Made by a program: the position numbers and the translations under genes. 64,000 nucleotides of DNA from the NCBI GenBank assembly GCA_963770835.1, contig CAVYRH010000004.1, positions 608,001-672,000 on the forward strand. The letters are read 5' to 3'. The notes beneath the pieces were generated by a model that ran no database searches, was not told the DNA's origin, and saw only the letters and a program-made list of their open reading frames with translations. Below, one piece after another: positions 9,668 through 18,923 of this stretch (position 1 is the stretch's first letter; every line of letters starts with the position of its first letter). Origin of the DNA: an uncultured Pseudomonadota bacterium (lineage in GTDB: Bacteria; Oederibacteriota; Muellerivitia; Muellerivitales; Muellerivitaceae).

Positions 9668-10450
9668 TTAAGATTTTGAAAGTTTTTTTCTGCTGCTGAC
9701 CGTCTTTTGCACCACGCGGTTGCGTCCCCGGCGCTTGGCCTCGTAAAGGGCCTGGTCGGCCAGGACGATTAAGTTACGGTAATTGGAACCCGCCCGTTTG
9801 TATCCGGTGACGGTCCCGATGCTGACCGTCACCCGGACCTTTTTCTCCCCGTGAAGGAAAGGATAATCCTCCGTGGTTCTCCGGATGCGTTCGGCCACCG
9901 CCAGGGCTTCCTCCGCGCCGCAGTTGGGCAGGATGCAAAGGAATTCCTCCCCCCCATAACGGGTGGCCGTGTCGCCCTCGCGGATGGATTTTTTCACCAG
10001 GCCGGCAAAATGCCTTAGCACGTGGTCCCCAAAGGGATGGCCGTACTTGTCGTTGACCTTCTTGAAACGGTCCAGGTCCATCATGAAACAGGAAAGGGGC
10101 TGCCGCGTTGTGAGATGCTTGCGGAACTCGATCTGGAAAACGTCGTGGAGGTAACGGTGGTTGCCCAAGCCGGTTAAGGGGTCGGTCAGGACTTCGTCGG
10201 AGAGAATAAGGTTTTTGCTGACCAGGGTGTCTTCCTGGCGGCCAATGAAAAACCCGAAAAGGGCGAAAGCCGAGCAGGTACCGAAGAGCATATAGGTGAA
10301 AAAGAAAGGGTAATCCCGCCATTGTTGCACCGCGAAGGAAATCCAGGACGAATTCGTGTTGGAGGATAAACAAGGCCAGAGGAGCGCCCCCAGGGGGGCC
10401 CCTAAACCCAGGAGAAAACCCGACAAGGAGAATAGATAAGACTTCCGCAT
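9668..10450 (-). CDS. Membrane-anchored diguanylate cyclase
   Basis: Two TM helices, DPLTGLGN, DLDRFKKVND.YGH, RYGGEEF. Confidence 0.93.
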   Translation of the reverse strand: MRKSYLFSLSGFLLGLGAPLGALLWPCLSSNTNSSWISFAVQQWRDYPFFFTYMLFGTCSAFALFGFFIGRQEDTLVSKNLILSDEVLTDPLTGLGNHRYLHDVFQIEFRKHLTTRQPLSCFMMDLDRFKKVNDKYGHPFGDHVLRHFAGLVKKSIREGDTATRYGGEEFLCILPNCGAEEALAVAERIRRTTEDYPFLHGEKKVRVTVSIGTVTGYKRAGSNYRNLIVLADQALYEAKRRGRNRVVQKTVSSRKKLSKS

Positions 10451-10494
10451 ATATAACTCCCTCCTTAATTTTACCAAGGAAGGGAGCAACCGTT

Positions 10495-10995
10495 TTATGA
10501 AGTTTCGGTCATTTCATCCAAGGAAAAGGTCAAAAGCCGCAATAATGGGTCCCGGTTTTTGTCCCCGACCACCCGGTCCAATTCGGGATAGAACACCCGG
10601 TCTTCCCGCAGGGTGTGGTGCTCCATGTATTTCTTAAATTGGGCCTCGTCGTCCAGCAGGGCGAGCAGGGCCTTCAAGTCCGGGGCGGGCGAGGACGTGC
10701 GTTCAAGGCGGAGATTAAGGCGGTTGAGCCACTCGGTGATTTTTTTGTGTTCCCCGGCGAAAATGTCCGGGTCCCCCCCGCGGATGGACGAAGCCTGTTC
10801 CCGGTAGAGGGGCATGAGGATCTCATCCTCTTCCCGTATATGGTAATAGAGGGCCTTCTCGAATTTAAAAAGGAGCTTCGCCGCCAAAGCAATATCGTTC
10901 TTCAGGACCGCGACCTGGTGTTGGTAGAAAAGCTGATCGAGCTGCCGGTGGACCTGGTTCAGGTCCGCGAGGGTTTGATGCGTGGTTGGGGGCAT
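10495..10995 (-). CDS. Hemerythrin/HHE-domain protein
   Basis: H, HIREEDEIL, EH, HTLREDRVFYP pattern; AAGGA RBS before 10995. Confidence 0.85.
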   Translation of the reverse strand: MPPTTHQTLADLNQVHRQLDQLFYQHQVAVLKNDIALAAKLLFKFEKALYYHIREEDEILMPLYREQASSIRGGDPDIFAGEHKKITEWLNRLNLRLERTSSPAPDLKALLALLDDEAQFKKYMEHHTLREDRVFYPELDRVVGDKNRDPLLRLLTFSLDEMTETS

Positions 10996-11079
10996 GTATA
11001 TTTCCTTGCCGCCGCGCGGGGAACAGGGAAGTGCGCGGCGGGATACGGAATCATGATAGGTTTCCGCCACGGGGCCGGT

Positions 11080-11095
11080 TATGAGGAAGCTCATA
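11080..11095. promoter_or_regulatory. TATGA-N6-TCATA Crp/Fnr-type site upstream of hemerythrin-GGDEF
   Basis: TATGAggaagcTCATA; minus-strand -10 TATCAT at 11058-11053. Confidence 0.75.
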
Positions 11096-12281
11096 ATTTG
11101 TTTTTACCCTTTCGGGGGATGAAAAATAAAAGAATCGAGGCCATCCCCGCCAAAGCGGCTCCCACCCCGAAGGCCGAGGGGTAGCCCCAGGCTTGTCCCA
11201 CGAAGCCGAATAGGAGGCTCGCTGGAAGGGCAAAGAGTCCTAACACCAGGTTGTAATAGCCAAAAGCCGTTCCCCGCAAAGCCTTGGGCGCCAGGTCCGC
11301 CACGAAGGCTTTTTCCGAGGGCTCGCACAAGCCGTAAAAAACACCGTAAGCGAGGAAGAGGGCGATGAGGCCTTCCTTTTGGCTGACGAGGGCGAAGCCC
11401 AGGTAAATCAAGGCGTAATAGATCCAACCGGAAATGATCAGCGGTTTGCGGCCCAGGCGGTCCGAAAGGGATCCGCTGTAGGGTGAGGAGACCATCCGGA
11501 CCCCCCCATGAAGCCCCCAAAGCAGGAAGACCCAGCCGCCGGGCACACCCGCCTGCGAGAGGCGCAGGATCAGGAAGGCGTCGGAGGAATTGCCTAGGGT
11601 GAAAAGAAGCAGGGCCGCCAGGAGGAACTTGAAATTTCCCCCTAGGCTCTTCCAGTCCTGGAAAAGGGTGAGGCGCTTGGCTTGGGGCGGGGTGGCCTTG
11701 GGCTTTTCCTCCACCTTCCAGACGAACGACCAGGCCAGTACCCCCGGCACGAGGGAAAGCAGGATGATGTTGCGGTAAGAAAGGCCGAGGAAGCCAAGGG
11801 CGGCGGCCAAGAAGGGTCCCAGCAACTGGCCCGCGTCGTCCATGGCGCTGTGGAAACCGTAGGCGGCGCCCCGGTTGGCGGGGGAGGTGACGTCCGCGAT
11901 CAAGGCGTCCTGGGGGGAGGACCGAACCCCCTTTCCCAAGCGGTCCGCGAAACGGAGGAAAAGGACCCAAGGCCAGGTTTGGGCCAAGCCCACGAGGGGG
12001 CGAAGCAGGGTCGACATGGCGAAACCGAGGATGAGGAAAGGCTTCTTTTTCCGGACCCGGTCGGCCCCGATGCCGGAGAAAACCTTGATGAGGGAAGATG
12101 CCGATTCGGCGACTCCTTCCACCCAGCCGACGGCCACCGGGCCCGCGCCCAAAACCTGGGCCAGGAAAAGGGGAACGACGGGGTAGATCATTTCCTTGGC
12201 CAGGTCGTTGAAAAGGCTGACCAAGCCCAGTTGAAAGACCGTTTTAGGGATGGATTTGAGGAACTTCGCCAGCCTAGACAT
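11091..12281 (-). CDS. MFS transporter
   Basis: About 12 TM helices, RFADRLGKGVR and GSLSDRLGRK motifs. Confidence 0.92.
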   Translation of the reverse strand: MSRLAKFLKSIPKTVFQLGLVSLFNDLAKEMIYPVVPLFLAQVLGAGPVAVGWVEGVAESASSLIKVFSGIGADRVRKKKPFLILGFAMSTLLRPLVGLAQTWPWVLFLRFADRLGKGVRSSPQDALIADVTSPANRGAAYGFHSAMDDAGQLLGPFLAAALGFLGLSYRNIILLSLVPGVLAWSFVWKVEEKPKATPPQAKRLTLFQDWKSLGGNFKFLLAALLLFTLGNSSDAFLILRLSQAGVPGGWVFLLWGLHGGVRMVSSPYSGSLSDRLGRKPLIISGWIYYALIYLGFALVSQKEGLIALFLAYGVFYGLCEPSEKAFVADLAPKALRGTAFGYYNLVLGLFALPASLLFGFVGQAWGYPSAFGVGAALAGMASILLFFIPRKGKNKL

Positions 12282-12987
12282 GGCTGATCAGGCGGGCGAT
12301 TCCAAAGGCGGCGCCGGCCGCGGAGATGCCGACAGCCGTCACTGTCAAGGCGCCCTTGATGGGGTCCTGGCCCGTGAAACGGGCCTTGTAGTAGCCGAAA
12401 ACCAGGAGGCATGCGACGGTGATGAGAAAGGAATAAAAAAGGCCGGCCAGGGGTTCCTTGCAGAAGAAGTAAGCCGAGAGGGGCACCAATCCGCCGATGG
12501 CGTAGGAAATGCCGATCCTCAGGGCGCTGAAGAGCGCCTGGCGGGGGTCCGGCTTTTCCAGCCCCAGCTCGAAGCGCATCATGAAATCCACCCACATCTT
12601 GTGGTCTTTTTCCAGGTCCCGGGCGACCCCCTCCCGGACCTCGGCGGAGATGCCGTAATTCTCCAGGATGTTCTTGATCTCGTCCATCTCCTCTTGGGGG
12701 ATCTTTTTTACCTCCAACTCCTCGCGGCGCTGTTCGCCCTCGTAGTGTTCGATTTCCGTCCGGCCTGCCAGGTAGCCGCCCAGGCCCATGGAGATGGTGC
12801 CGGCGATAATCTCGGCCAGGCCCGCCACGATGATGATGGAACTGTTGCTCACCGCCCCGCTCAGGCCCGCGGCCAGGGCAAAGGGCACGGTAAGCCCGTC
12901 GGAGGTTCCCACCACGAAGTCCCGGAGCGCGAGGAGGGAAATGGAATGCCTCTCCCGGTGGTGGTGATGCGGTATATGGACGGGCAT
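12274..12987 (-). CDS. VIT1/CCC1-family iron/manganese transporter
   Basis: RDFVVGTSDGLTVPFAL, GLAEIIAGTISMGLGGYLA. Confidence 0.93.
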   Translation of the reverse strand: MPVHIPHHHHRERHSISLLALRDFVVGTSDGLTVPFALAAGLSGAVSNSSIIIVAGLAEIIAGTISMGLGGYLAGRTEIEHYEGEQRREELEVKKIPQEEMDEIKNILENYGISAEVREGVARDLEKDHKMWVDFMMRFELGLEKPDPRQALFSALRIGISYAIGGLVPLSAYFFCKEPLAGLFYSFLITVACLLVFGYYKARFTGQDPIKGALTVTAVGISAAGAAFGIARLISHV

Positions 12988-13206
12988 GGTTTTTCCCTAT
13001 GGTGGAATGGCACAAAAAAACCGGTTTCCCGGGGGCTTTTGATCTTATTCCAGGGGCTTTAACCGCACAAGGCCTTCGTTATTGCTTATTTCGAGGTGGA
13101 ACCAGTTAAACCAGAACCCATTTCAAATTGTTTTCAGCTTTGATTTTTGGGGGAAGAGAGGCCTAGGGTAAAGGCGTAGGTCCCGAGACTTTGAAGGAGG
13201 AATTAC

Positions 13207-13383
13207 ATGCCTAGGACAAAAGAAAAGGAATCCGTGAAGCCGCATCAGGAAGAAATGCCGCATGAAAGCCTGGAGACGGCCGCCTATTACCACTGGCTGG
13301 AGAGGGGCTGCCCCATAGGCGACGACCTGACCGATTGGGTCGAGGTGGAAAAGAAATACACCGCCACCGCCCGGCACAACTAG
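13207..13383 (+). CDS. DUF2934-family small protein (58 aa, not in ORF track)
   Basis: GAAGGAGG RBS; MPRTKEK...AAYYHWLERGCPIGDDLTDWVEVEK. Confidence 0.85.
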   Translation: MPRTKEKESVKPHQEEMPHESLETAAYYHWLERGCPIGDDLTDWVEVEKKYTATARHN

Positions 13384-13527
13384 CAGGTTGATAGAAGAGA
13401 GTTCTTTTTGGAATTTGTAGCGAAGCTTTCCCCTTTTGAAAAAGCGAGGAAGCTGGGGTCATTTCTGCTCCTTGGGCTTTGAGAGAAATGTCATGGTCAA
13501 AACGTAAGTCAAGAAGATAGGTTTGGT

Positions 13528-14205
13528 TTAGGGTTGGCTAGTTGGCTGGTTGGGGGTTTTAGCGCCGCTGGCTAGCAGGTTCTCCGAGCTTTTTTTTTGA
13601 TCGAGGGCCAATTGTTCCGCCGTCATTTCCTTCTGGACGGACTGCAACAGGTCCCGCACGCTGCCCTGGATGGAATCCCCCACCAAGAAGGCCGGGGCGC
13701 CGAAATGCTCTTCGGCGTCCAGGGTATAAATGATCTCCAGGCTGCCGTCGTCGGCGGGGTTGAGGGTCCAGGTGCCCTGGTAAAAGTCGAAATCCTTGTG
13801 GCTGGTATCCTCAAAGACAATGGATTTTTGGGGCTGTTGGTGGACGCTCAAAAGAAGGTGGATCCTTTGGGTGAAGAAAAGGAAGCCGCCTTCCCCTTCT
13901 TGTTCCAAAACCAGGTCGTCGTTGGTTTGGCTGAGAACCTTGCTGACCTTCATGCTGTTCACGAAATGGGGGATGCGGCCGTAATCGGTGAGAACCGCCC
14001 AGGCCGTGGAGGGGTCCACTTTCACGAAGAAGGAGCCTTCCACCTTGAAGTGGCCCCACTGGTCGTAAAAGGAAAGGGTGGGAGGGGTCAAGTCGGCGGC
14101 CTTTCCCGCGCCGCAGGAGAGCGCGGCGCAGGCGGCCACCATCGTAGCCCTGAGAAGGAGCATACGAAGATTTCGGGTTGGTGCTTGGGTCAACATGGTT
14201 TTCAT
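13528..14205 (-). CDS. Exported SRPBCC/cyclase-dehydrase-fold protein
   Basis: Signal-like N-terminus; AWAVLTDY..IPHFV, FYQGTW motifs. Confidence 0.75.
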   Translation of the reverse strand: MKTMLTQAPTRNLRMLLLRATMVAACAALSCGAGKAADLTPPTLSFYDQWGHFKVEGSFFVKVDPSTAWAVLTDYGRIPHFVNSMKVSKVLSQTNDDLVLEQEGEGGFLFFTQRIHLLLSVHQQPQKSIVFEDTSHKDFDFYQGTWTLNPADDGSLEIIYTLDAEEHFGAPAFLVGDSIQGSVRDLLQSVQKEMTAEQLALDQKKSSENLLASGAKTPNQPTSQP

Positions 14206-14304
14206 TCTCTCCTCATTTTCCCCTAAAGGGGAGCCCCTCCCAAGAGGGGCCCTCCATTAGGGGCCCCGGCTGTTACGCCGGGGCGCCTTTCAACCCAGCC
14301 TTAT

Positions 14305-14444
14305 CAGGATGATGAAAAAGTCCAAAAGGTGGACTTTTTCTTATCTTCGTCGCGAATCACCCCTTGAAAAACAAGGGGTTTTATACGATTCGCTCCAAGC
14401 CCGTGGCTGTAGACAGGGTGTAAAAGCATTTTTTCAGCACCCTG
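14305..14444 (+). mobile_element. MITE-like element, copy 1
   Basis: Ends CAGGATGATGAAAAA...TTTTTCAGCACCCTG; homologous to 24113, 25170 and 36949. Confidence 0.75.
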
Positions 14445-15875
14445 TTAGAACTGCAACTGGAGCTGCATCCTTCCGACCGGCACGAGGCCGATGCGGGTAT
14501 TGGCGGCGTTGATGCCGGAGTTGGCTGATCCGGGCATTTCGGCCACCAGGTACATGCCGTCGTCGCTGTGCACCTCGACCGTGTTGAGCATCCACATAGT
14601 CTCGGCCGTCAGCTTCACGTCGCTGTTGACGTGCAGGGTGATGGACGGGAGGGTGAGGTCATAGATGGGGTCGCTGTTCACGAAGATCGGGGCGTAGAAG
14701 GTGCCCCCGATCGCGATCCCATTGGGATTCCGCTTCGTATAGGTGCCCATCATGTTGATGTCGGGAATGACCACGGCGAAACGGCCGGCCACTTCCCAGG
14801 GGTTGTCACCCACGGAAGCGATCACTTCGCCGCCGCCGATGTTGATGGCTTCCTTCTGCCCAATCGTGACCGCTTGGCCCGCGAGGGCCGTCGTTTGGGT
14901 TTCATACGGCATCGCCTTACCTACGGTCATGTCATAGTGCGCGACCATGGCCTGTCCGGTTAAAGTGAAGGTCGTATCCGCCAGGGGAGACCGGACTTGG
15001 AAGTCCGCCCCATACTGCCAATAGTTGGCCGTCACCGGGCTGGCCCCGGCCGCCCCTAAAAAGGGATTGAACACCGAGGAAATCAATACGTTGCCGTATT
15101 GGCTGTTGGCGTTGAAGGTGGAAAGATAACCGCCACCCAGGGACAAATCGTCGCTATGCCCCGCGTTGCTGTCCGCGGCTAAGTAGCCGGTCAGGTGGGC
15201 GGCCCATTCCAGCTTGTCCGGCTTTACGAAACCGGTTTGTTTGGGATGGAAAGGATCGTCGGCGATCCCCTCGTTTAGCCCAACCCGCAGGAACATGGGT
15301 GTGGGGAAGTTGAGGATTTCCGGCAGGTAGCGCTGGATGACATCCGGCCCACCTTGGACCAAGCCGAACTGGCCGTCCAAGTCGCCCAGGTGGCCATAGA
15401 GCGCGGCGCCCGTGTCATAACCTTGGTTGAAGAACAGGTTGAACATGGGGTCCTTTTCGCTGAAAAGCTGGTTGCCTTCGTAGATGGCGCTTTCCAGGTT
15501 GCCCGGCACCTTGAACTGCCCGACTTTCCCGGTGATCATGTCGGGGATGATCGGGATGTTGACGCTGGCGTCCAGCAGGTTCAACTGGTTGTTGCTGCTG
15601 TTGATGGCTTCCCCGCCGAAGGCCACCTCGAAGTTCCAGGAGTAGCCCTGGTAGGTACCGCTGGTGAAGAGGCGGTCTTCCTCGTCCCAGAGGTAGATAC
15701 GGAAATGCTGGCGGATGTAGTCATCCGTTTCCAATTCCGCGTCGCCCATGACCTGGATACGGCCGCCGAACGACAGGTCCAGATCGTCGTTCTTGAAGAT
15801 TTCGGCCGCTTTCCCGTGGGCGGTGAAGCCCAGCAGGAAGGTGAGTCCTAACAACAACTTCCATAGCTTTTTCAT
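14445..15875 (-). CDS. Outer-membrane porin (OprO/OprP-like)
   Basis: Signal peptide, GQFKVP motif, C-terminal MQLQLQF. Confidence 0.7.
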   Translation of the reverse strand: MKKLWKLLLGLTFLLGFTAHGKAAEIFKNDDLDLSFGGRIQVMGDAELETDDYIRQHFRIYLWDEEDRLFTSGTYQGYSWNFEVAFGGEAINSSNNQLNLLDASVNIPIIPDMITGKVGQFKVPGNLESAIYEGNQLFSEKDPMFNLFFNQGYDTGAALYGHLGDLDGQFGLVQGGPDVIQRYLPEILNFPTPMFLRVGLNEGIADDPFHPKQTGFVKPDKLEWAAHLTGYLAADSNAGHSDDLSLGGGYLSTFNANSQYGNVLISSVFNPFLGAAGASPVTANYWQYGADFQVRSPLADTTFTLTGQAMVAHYDMTVGKAMPYETQTTALAGQAVTIGQKEAINIGGGEVIASVGDNPWEVAGRFAVVIPDINMMGTYTKRNPNGIAIGGTFYAPIFVNSDPIYDLTLPSITLHVNSDVKLTAETMWMLNTVEVHSDDGMYLVAEMPGSANSGINAANTRIGLVPVGRMQLQLQF

Positions 15876-15909
15876 TTCTACTCCTCCTTGTTTTTAACAA
15901 CCCTCAACT

Positions 15910-16686
15910 TTAATTTTTCGCTTCCGAATTGGCTTCACCCACCGGCGCGAAGACAACGTCGTAATAAATATCGATCCCGTCCGAGCAGGTGATCGAAGTC
16001 ACCAGCAGGGAGATCGAAGGGGGCGTGACCTTAAAGTCGGACATCTTCAACTTTTGGTCGCCTTTGAGCTCTACTTGCCCATTCGTGACCGTCGTATCGG
16101 CCGTCAAGGTGACAGGCGCGGTTGTCCCGGCAATGGTCAGGTTTCCCGTGGCGGTCATGACGTAGGAACCGTCTTTCGCGCCAGCGGCCAAAGTTTCTTT
16201 TTCCAGGTCGAACTTGATTTCGGGATTCTGGTCGGACTTCAGGGCCTTATAGGCGTTGTTGTCCAGCCCTGACTCGCGGGATTTGAAATCCTTGACCGGC
16301 ACCGCGAAGGCCATGGAACTTACCTCGCCCGCTTGGAGGGCTTTCAGGGGATCCTTCGAGGCTTTCCCCTTAAGGACCGCCGAGCCCTTCAGGGTGTTCG
16401 CGTGCATCTGGTACTTGTGAAGGGTGGAATCGCCCTCCATGTATAAGAAGCTTCCGGCTTTGAGGGTGAGAAGCGATCCGCCGGTGGCGGTGACGCTGTC
16501 GGCCGCCTGGATGGTTGCGGGTTTCTGGTACCAATGGGTCTCGCTTTGGCTCGTCAATTGGTTCCCCAATTGGTTGCCGCCCCCGTTGGAGGGAGTGGCG
16601 CTATCCGCCAGCACCGTCAAGGCTGAGGCCGCCGTCAGGCCCATCATCGAGATGAGGATCAGCGTAAAGTTTTTCATGTTCGTCAT
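15910..16686 (-). CDS. YceI-family lipid/polyisoprenoid-binding protein
   Basis: GDSTLH, GNLTIAG, KMSDFKVTPP motifs; signal peptide. Confidence 0.88.
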   Translation of the reverse strand: MTNMKNFTLILISMMGLTAASALTVLADSATPSNGGGNQLGNQLTSQSETHWYQKPATIQAADSVTATGGSLLTLKAGSFLYMEGDSTLHKYQMHANTLKGSAVLKGKASKDPLKALQAGEVSSMAFAVPVKDFKSRESGLDNNAYKALKSDQNPEIKFDLEKETLAAGAKDGSYVMTATGNLTIAGTTAPVTLTADTTVTNGQVELKGDQKLKMSDFKVTPPSISLLVTSITCSDGIDIYYDVVFAPVGEANSEAKN

Positions 16687-16721
16687 TTCTCCTTGTTGAA
16701 ATGGACTACATCACCCACTAG

Positions 16722-16737
16722 AGCAACCTGAATGCCA
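16722..16737 (-). promoter_or_regulatory. Sigma-54 promoter for yceI-porin
   Basis: Minus strand TGGCATTCAGGTTGCT has exact -24/-12 spacing. Confidence 0.75.
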
Positions 16738-16807
16738 GCCTTCCCGATCCGGTTGGATAAGGGATTTCAACGGTTTTTCCATTTTTGGACCCCGGGGGAA
16801 GTGGCGT

Positions 16808-16825
16808 TATGGCGTGACCGCCATG
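16808..16825. promoter_or_regulatory. Putative sigma-54 enhancer (UAS) palindrome
   Basis: TATGGCG-tgac-CGCCATG; recurs at 22042 and 56805. Confidence 0.65.
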
Positions 16826-16911
16826 GCACCGCTTACTGAAGCCCCGGTCCGGCAAAAGTAAAATCCACGTTGCTTCCAGGGCGCATCATGCCCCACAGGG
16901 GCGGTTGATTC

Positions 16912-16927
16912 TATGAGCGAGGTCATA
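16912..16927. promoter_or_regulatory. TATGA-N6-TCATA site
   Basis: TATGAgcgaggTCATA. Confidence 0.7.
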
Positions 16928-17056
16928 GATAAATATTTTTTTGGATGGGTTCTCACGGGGTCGGCCAGGGACTCATGATGCATTCCCGAAAGAGTTGAAA
17001 AATAAGGAGAAAATAAAAACGGCGCAGTAATACACCGCCACCTGGGCGGTTGATTT

Positions 17057-17072
17057 TATGACATGCATCATA
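17057..17072. promoter_or_regulatory. TATGA-N6-TCATA site
   Basis: TATGAcatgcaTCATA. Confidence 0.7.
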
Positions 17073-17272
17073 AAGTTGTGTCCTGGGGAATGTTCCATTG
17101 GTTCAGTTGGGGACGTCCGGAACATCTACGGCAAGGGCAAACAAAAATAAAAAGGAAGGCCGCAAAGCAACCGAGGCTTGGTTGCGTTTTGGGGAATTGT
17201 GGAATCCGATTTTAGGTTCCAGCGACCCGTGAATCCTGGACAGGAAGGGGAAAAAAGCGAAAGTGATGGGTC

Positions 17273-17288
17273 TATGATTTTCGTCATA
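17273..17288. promoter_or_regulatory. TATGA-N6-TCATA site upstream of the membrane kinase-like gene
   Basis: TATGAttttcgTCATA. Confidence 0.7.
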
Positions 17289-17372
17289 GGGCGCGAAACG
17301 GATTGCGGGATGATAACGCTTGAGGCCGTATTTTTTGAATTTACCTGTTTGTTAAGAATCTGAGGAGGAGTT

Positions 17373-18731
17373 TTGGCGCACTTCCAGCATGAAATAAGGT
17401 CCGAGAGACTTAGCTGGTTTATCTACCTGCGTTGGGGGGCGGTGGCGGGCGCCTTGGCCATTTTATTGGCGGGGCCCTGGCTGGTGCCAATGGCCATCCA
17501 ATACGGGAAGATCGGCGCCTGCGTTTTGATCCTTGGCGTTTTGAACGCAATCTACCTTATGTATTGGGAAAGGTTGAAGTCCTCACAGCCATCCCCGATG
17601 GATTTCGCGAAGAAAGTTCATTTCTTCCTGCATTTCCAAATGGCCACCGACCTGGCCCTTTTAACCGCCATGCTTTATTTCAGCGGCGGCGCCAAGAACC
17701 CACTGATCCTTTTTTATCTTTTTCACCTGGCCATCAGCGCGATTCTTTTCAACCAGGCCGAAAGCCTTTTCTACGCGGCCCTGGCTTTGCTGCTTCCCTG
17801 GGTTCTTTATTTACTCGAATGGGGAGGTTTCTTGACCGCGGATCCCTGGCCGGGGATATCGGGGGTTTCCGGTGACCACGAGCAATCCATTCTTTGGGCT
17901 TACTCGGTGGCGGTGGCGGGCCTATGGTTCTTCCTTTCCCGCCTGGGGTTGGACGTCGAGACGAAGGAACAAGCGCTACGGGAGACCGGGGAAAAACTTC
18001 AAACCGCCAACGAGGCGCTGAAACAGCTGGACGTCTACAAGAACCAGTTCCTCAAACAAGTAGTCTTCCAATTGAAGAAGCCCGCCATCGAAATGGATTT
18101 CGACCTCTCCGCGGTCGAGAGCGCCATCGACGCGAAAAATGAAAAGGCCTTGGAGGCCGTCCAAACGGCCAAGAAGCGGATTTGGATCCTCCTGGAACTT
18201 ATCGAGGATTTGGTCTGGCTTTCCCGGACGCAGGCCGGCGAAACGCCGCTTAAGAAGTCGTGGGTGAACGTTTATGAAACCCTTCTCAAACGGATCCAAA
18301 CCGTGGAAGAGAAGGCCCACCAGAAAGGAATCACCTTTCAACTCCATGGGGAGCCCCAGACGCGCCTCCTGGCGGACCCGGAGTCGTTCGAAAGGGTCGC
18401 GGACAACCTTTTCTCCAACGCGGTCAAATACACCCCCGTCGGCAAGAGCAGCGTTTTAGTGGCCTTTCACCCTGAGGGGAACTGGCTCGTTTTCACCGTG
18501 GAGGACGAGGGCATCGGCATCCCGCCCAAACAGCAGAAAAAACTGTTCCAGGAATTTTTCCGGGCCACCAACGCCAGGACCATGGAAAAGTTCGGGACTG
18601 GCCTGGGCCTTTCCATCGTCAAGCAGGTCATGGACCTCCATGGGGGCCGGGTGTCGCTGTCCAGCGAAACCAAAAAGGGAACAAAGATCGAGACTTGGTG
18701 GCCTTTTACGGCAACCGGTGCTCCTACCTGA
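17373..18731 (+). CDS. Membrane sensor histidine-kinase-like protein lacking the phospho-acceptor His
   Basis: About 6 TM helices; intact N, D, F and G2 boxes; H-box reads FLKQVVFQLKKP. Confidence 0.85.
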   Translation: MAHFQHEIRSERLSWFIYLRWGAVAGALAILLAGPWLVPMAIQYGKIGACVLILGVLNAIYLMYWERLKSSQPSPMDFAKKVHFFLHFQMATDLALLTAMLYFSGGAKNPLILFYLFHLAISAILFNQAESLFYAALALLLPWVLYLLEWGGFLTADPWPGISGVSGDHEQSILWAYSVAVAGLWFFLSRLGLDVETKEQALRETGEKLQTANEALKQLDVYKNQFLKQVVFQLKKPAIEMDFDLSAVESAIDAKNEKALEAVQTAKKRIWILLELIEDLVWLSRTQAGETPLKKSWVNVYETLLKRIQTVEEKAHQKGITFQLHGEPQTRLLADPESFERVADNLFSNAVKYTPVGKSSVLVAFHPEGNWLVFTVEDEGIGIPPKQQKKLFQEFFRATNARTMEKFGTGLGLSIVKQVMDLHGGRVSLSSETKKGTKIETWWPFTATGAPT

Positions 18732-18923
18732 CAGTTAAGCTTCCCTCCGCTTTCCGCACTTCTTTCGGCATTTATTAATGAACCAAAATGGGATTAACGA
18801 GCAATTTAACGTGTCCGCCTTAACCCTGCTTGGCAAAATTACCCTTTCCAAGCCATAATGGCGCACCTGCCCGGGGAAAACGCCGTTGGCCCCGCTGGTG
18901 AATGACCAACCTAAGGGGAAGAT

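Noticed and set aside
13070..13086. Sigma-54 promoter upstream of the first DUF2934 gene
   Set aside because: GG to GC spacing is one base too long.
17128..17190. Possible c-di-GMP-I riboswitch (GGCAAA...CGCAAAGC)
   Set aside because: No paired stem with a GNRA loop between the motifs; the downstream part is a simple hairpin.
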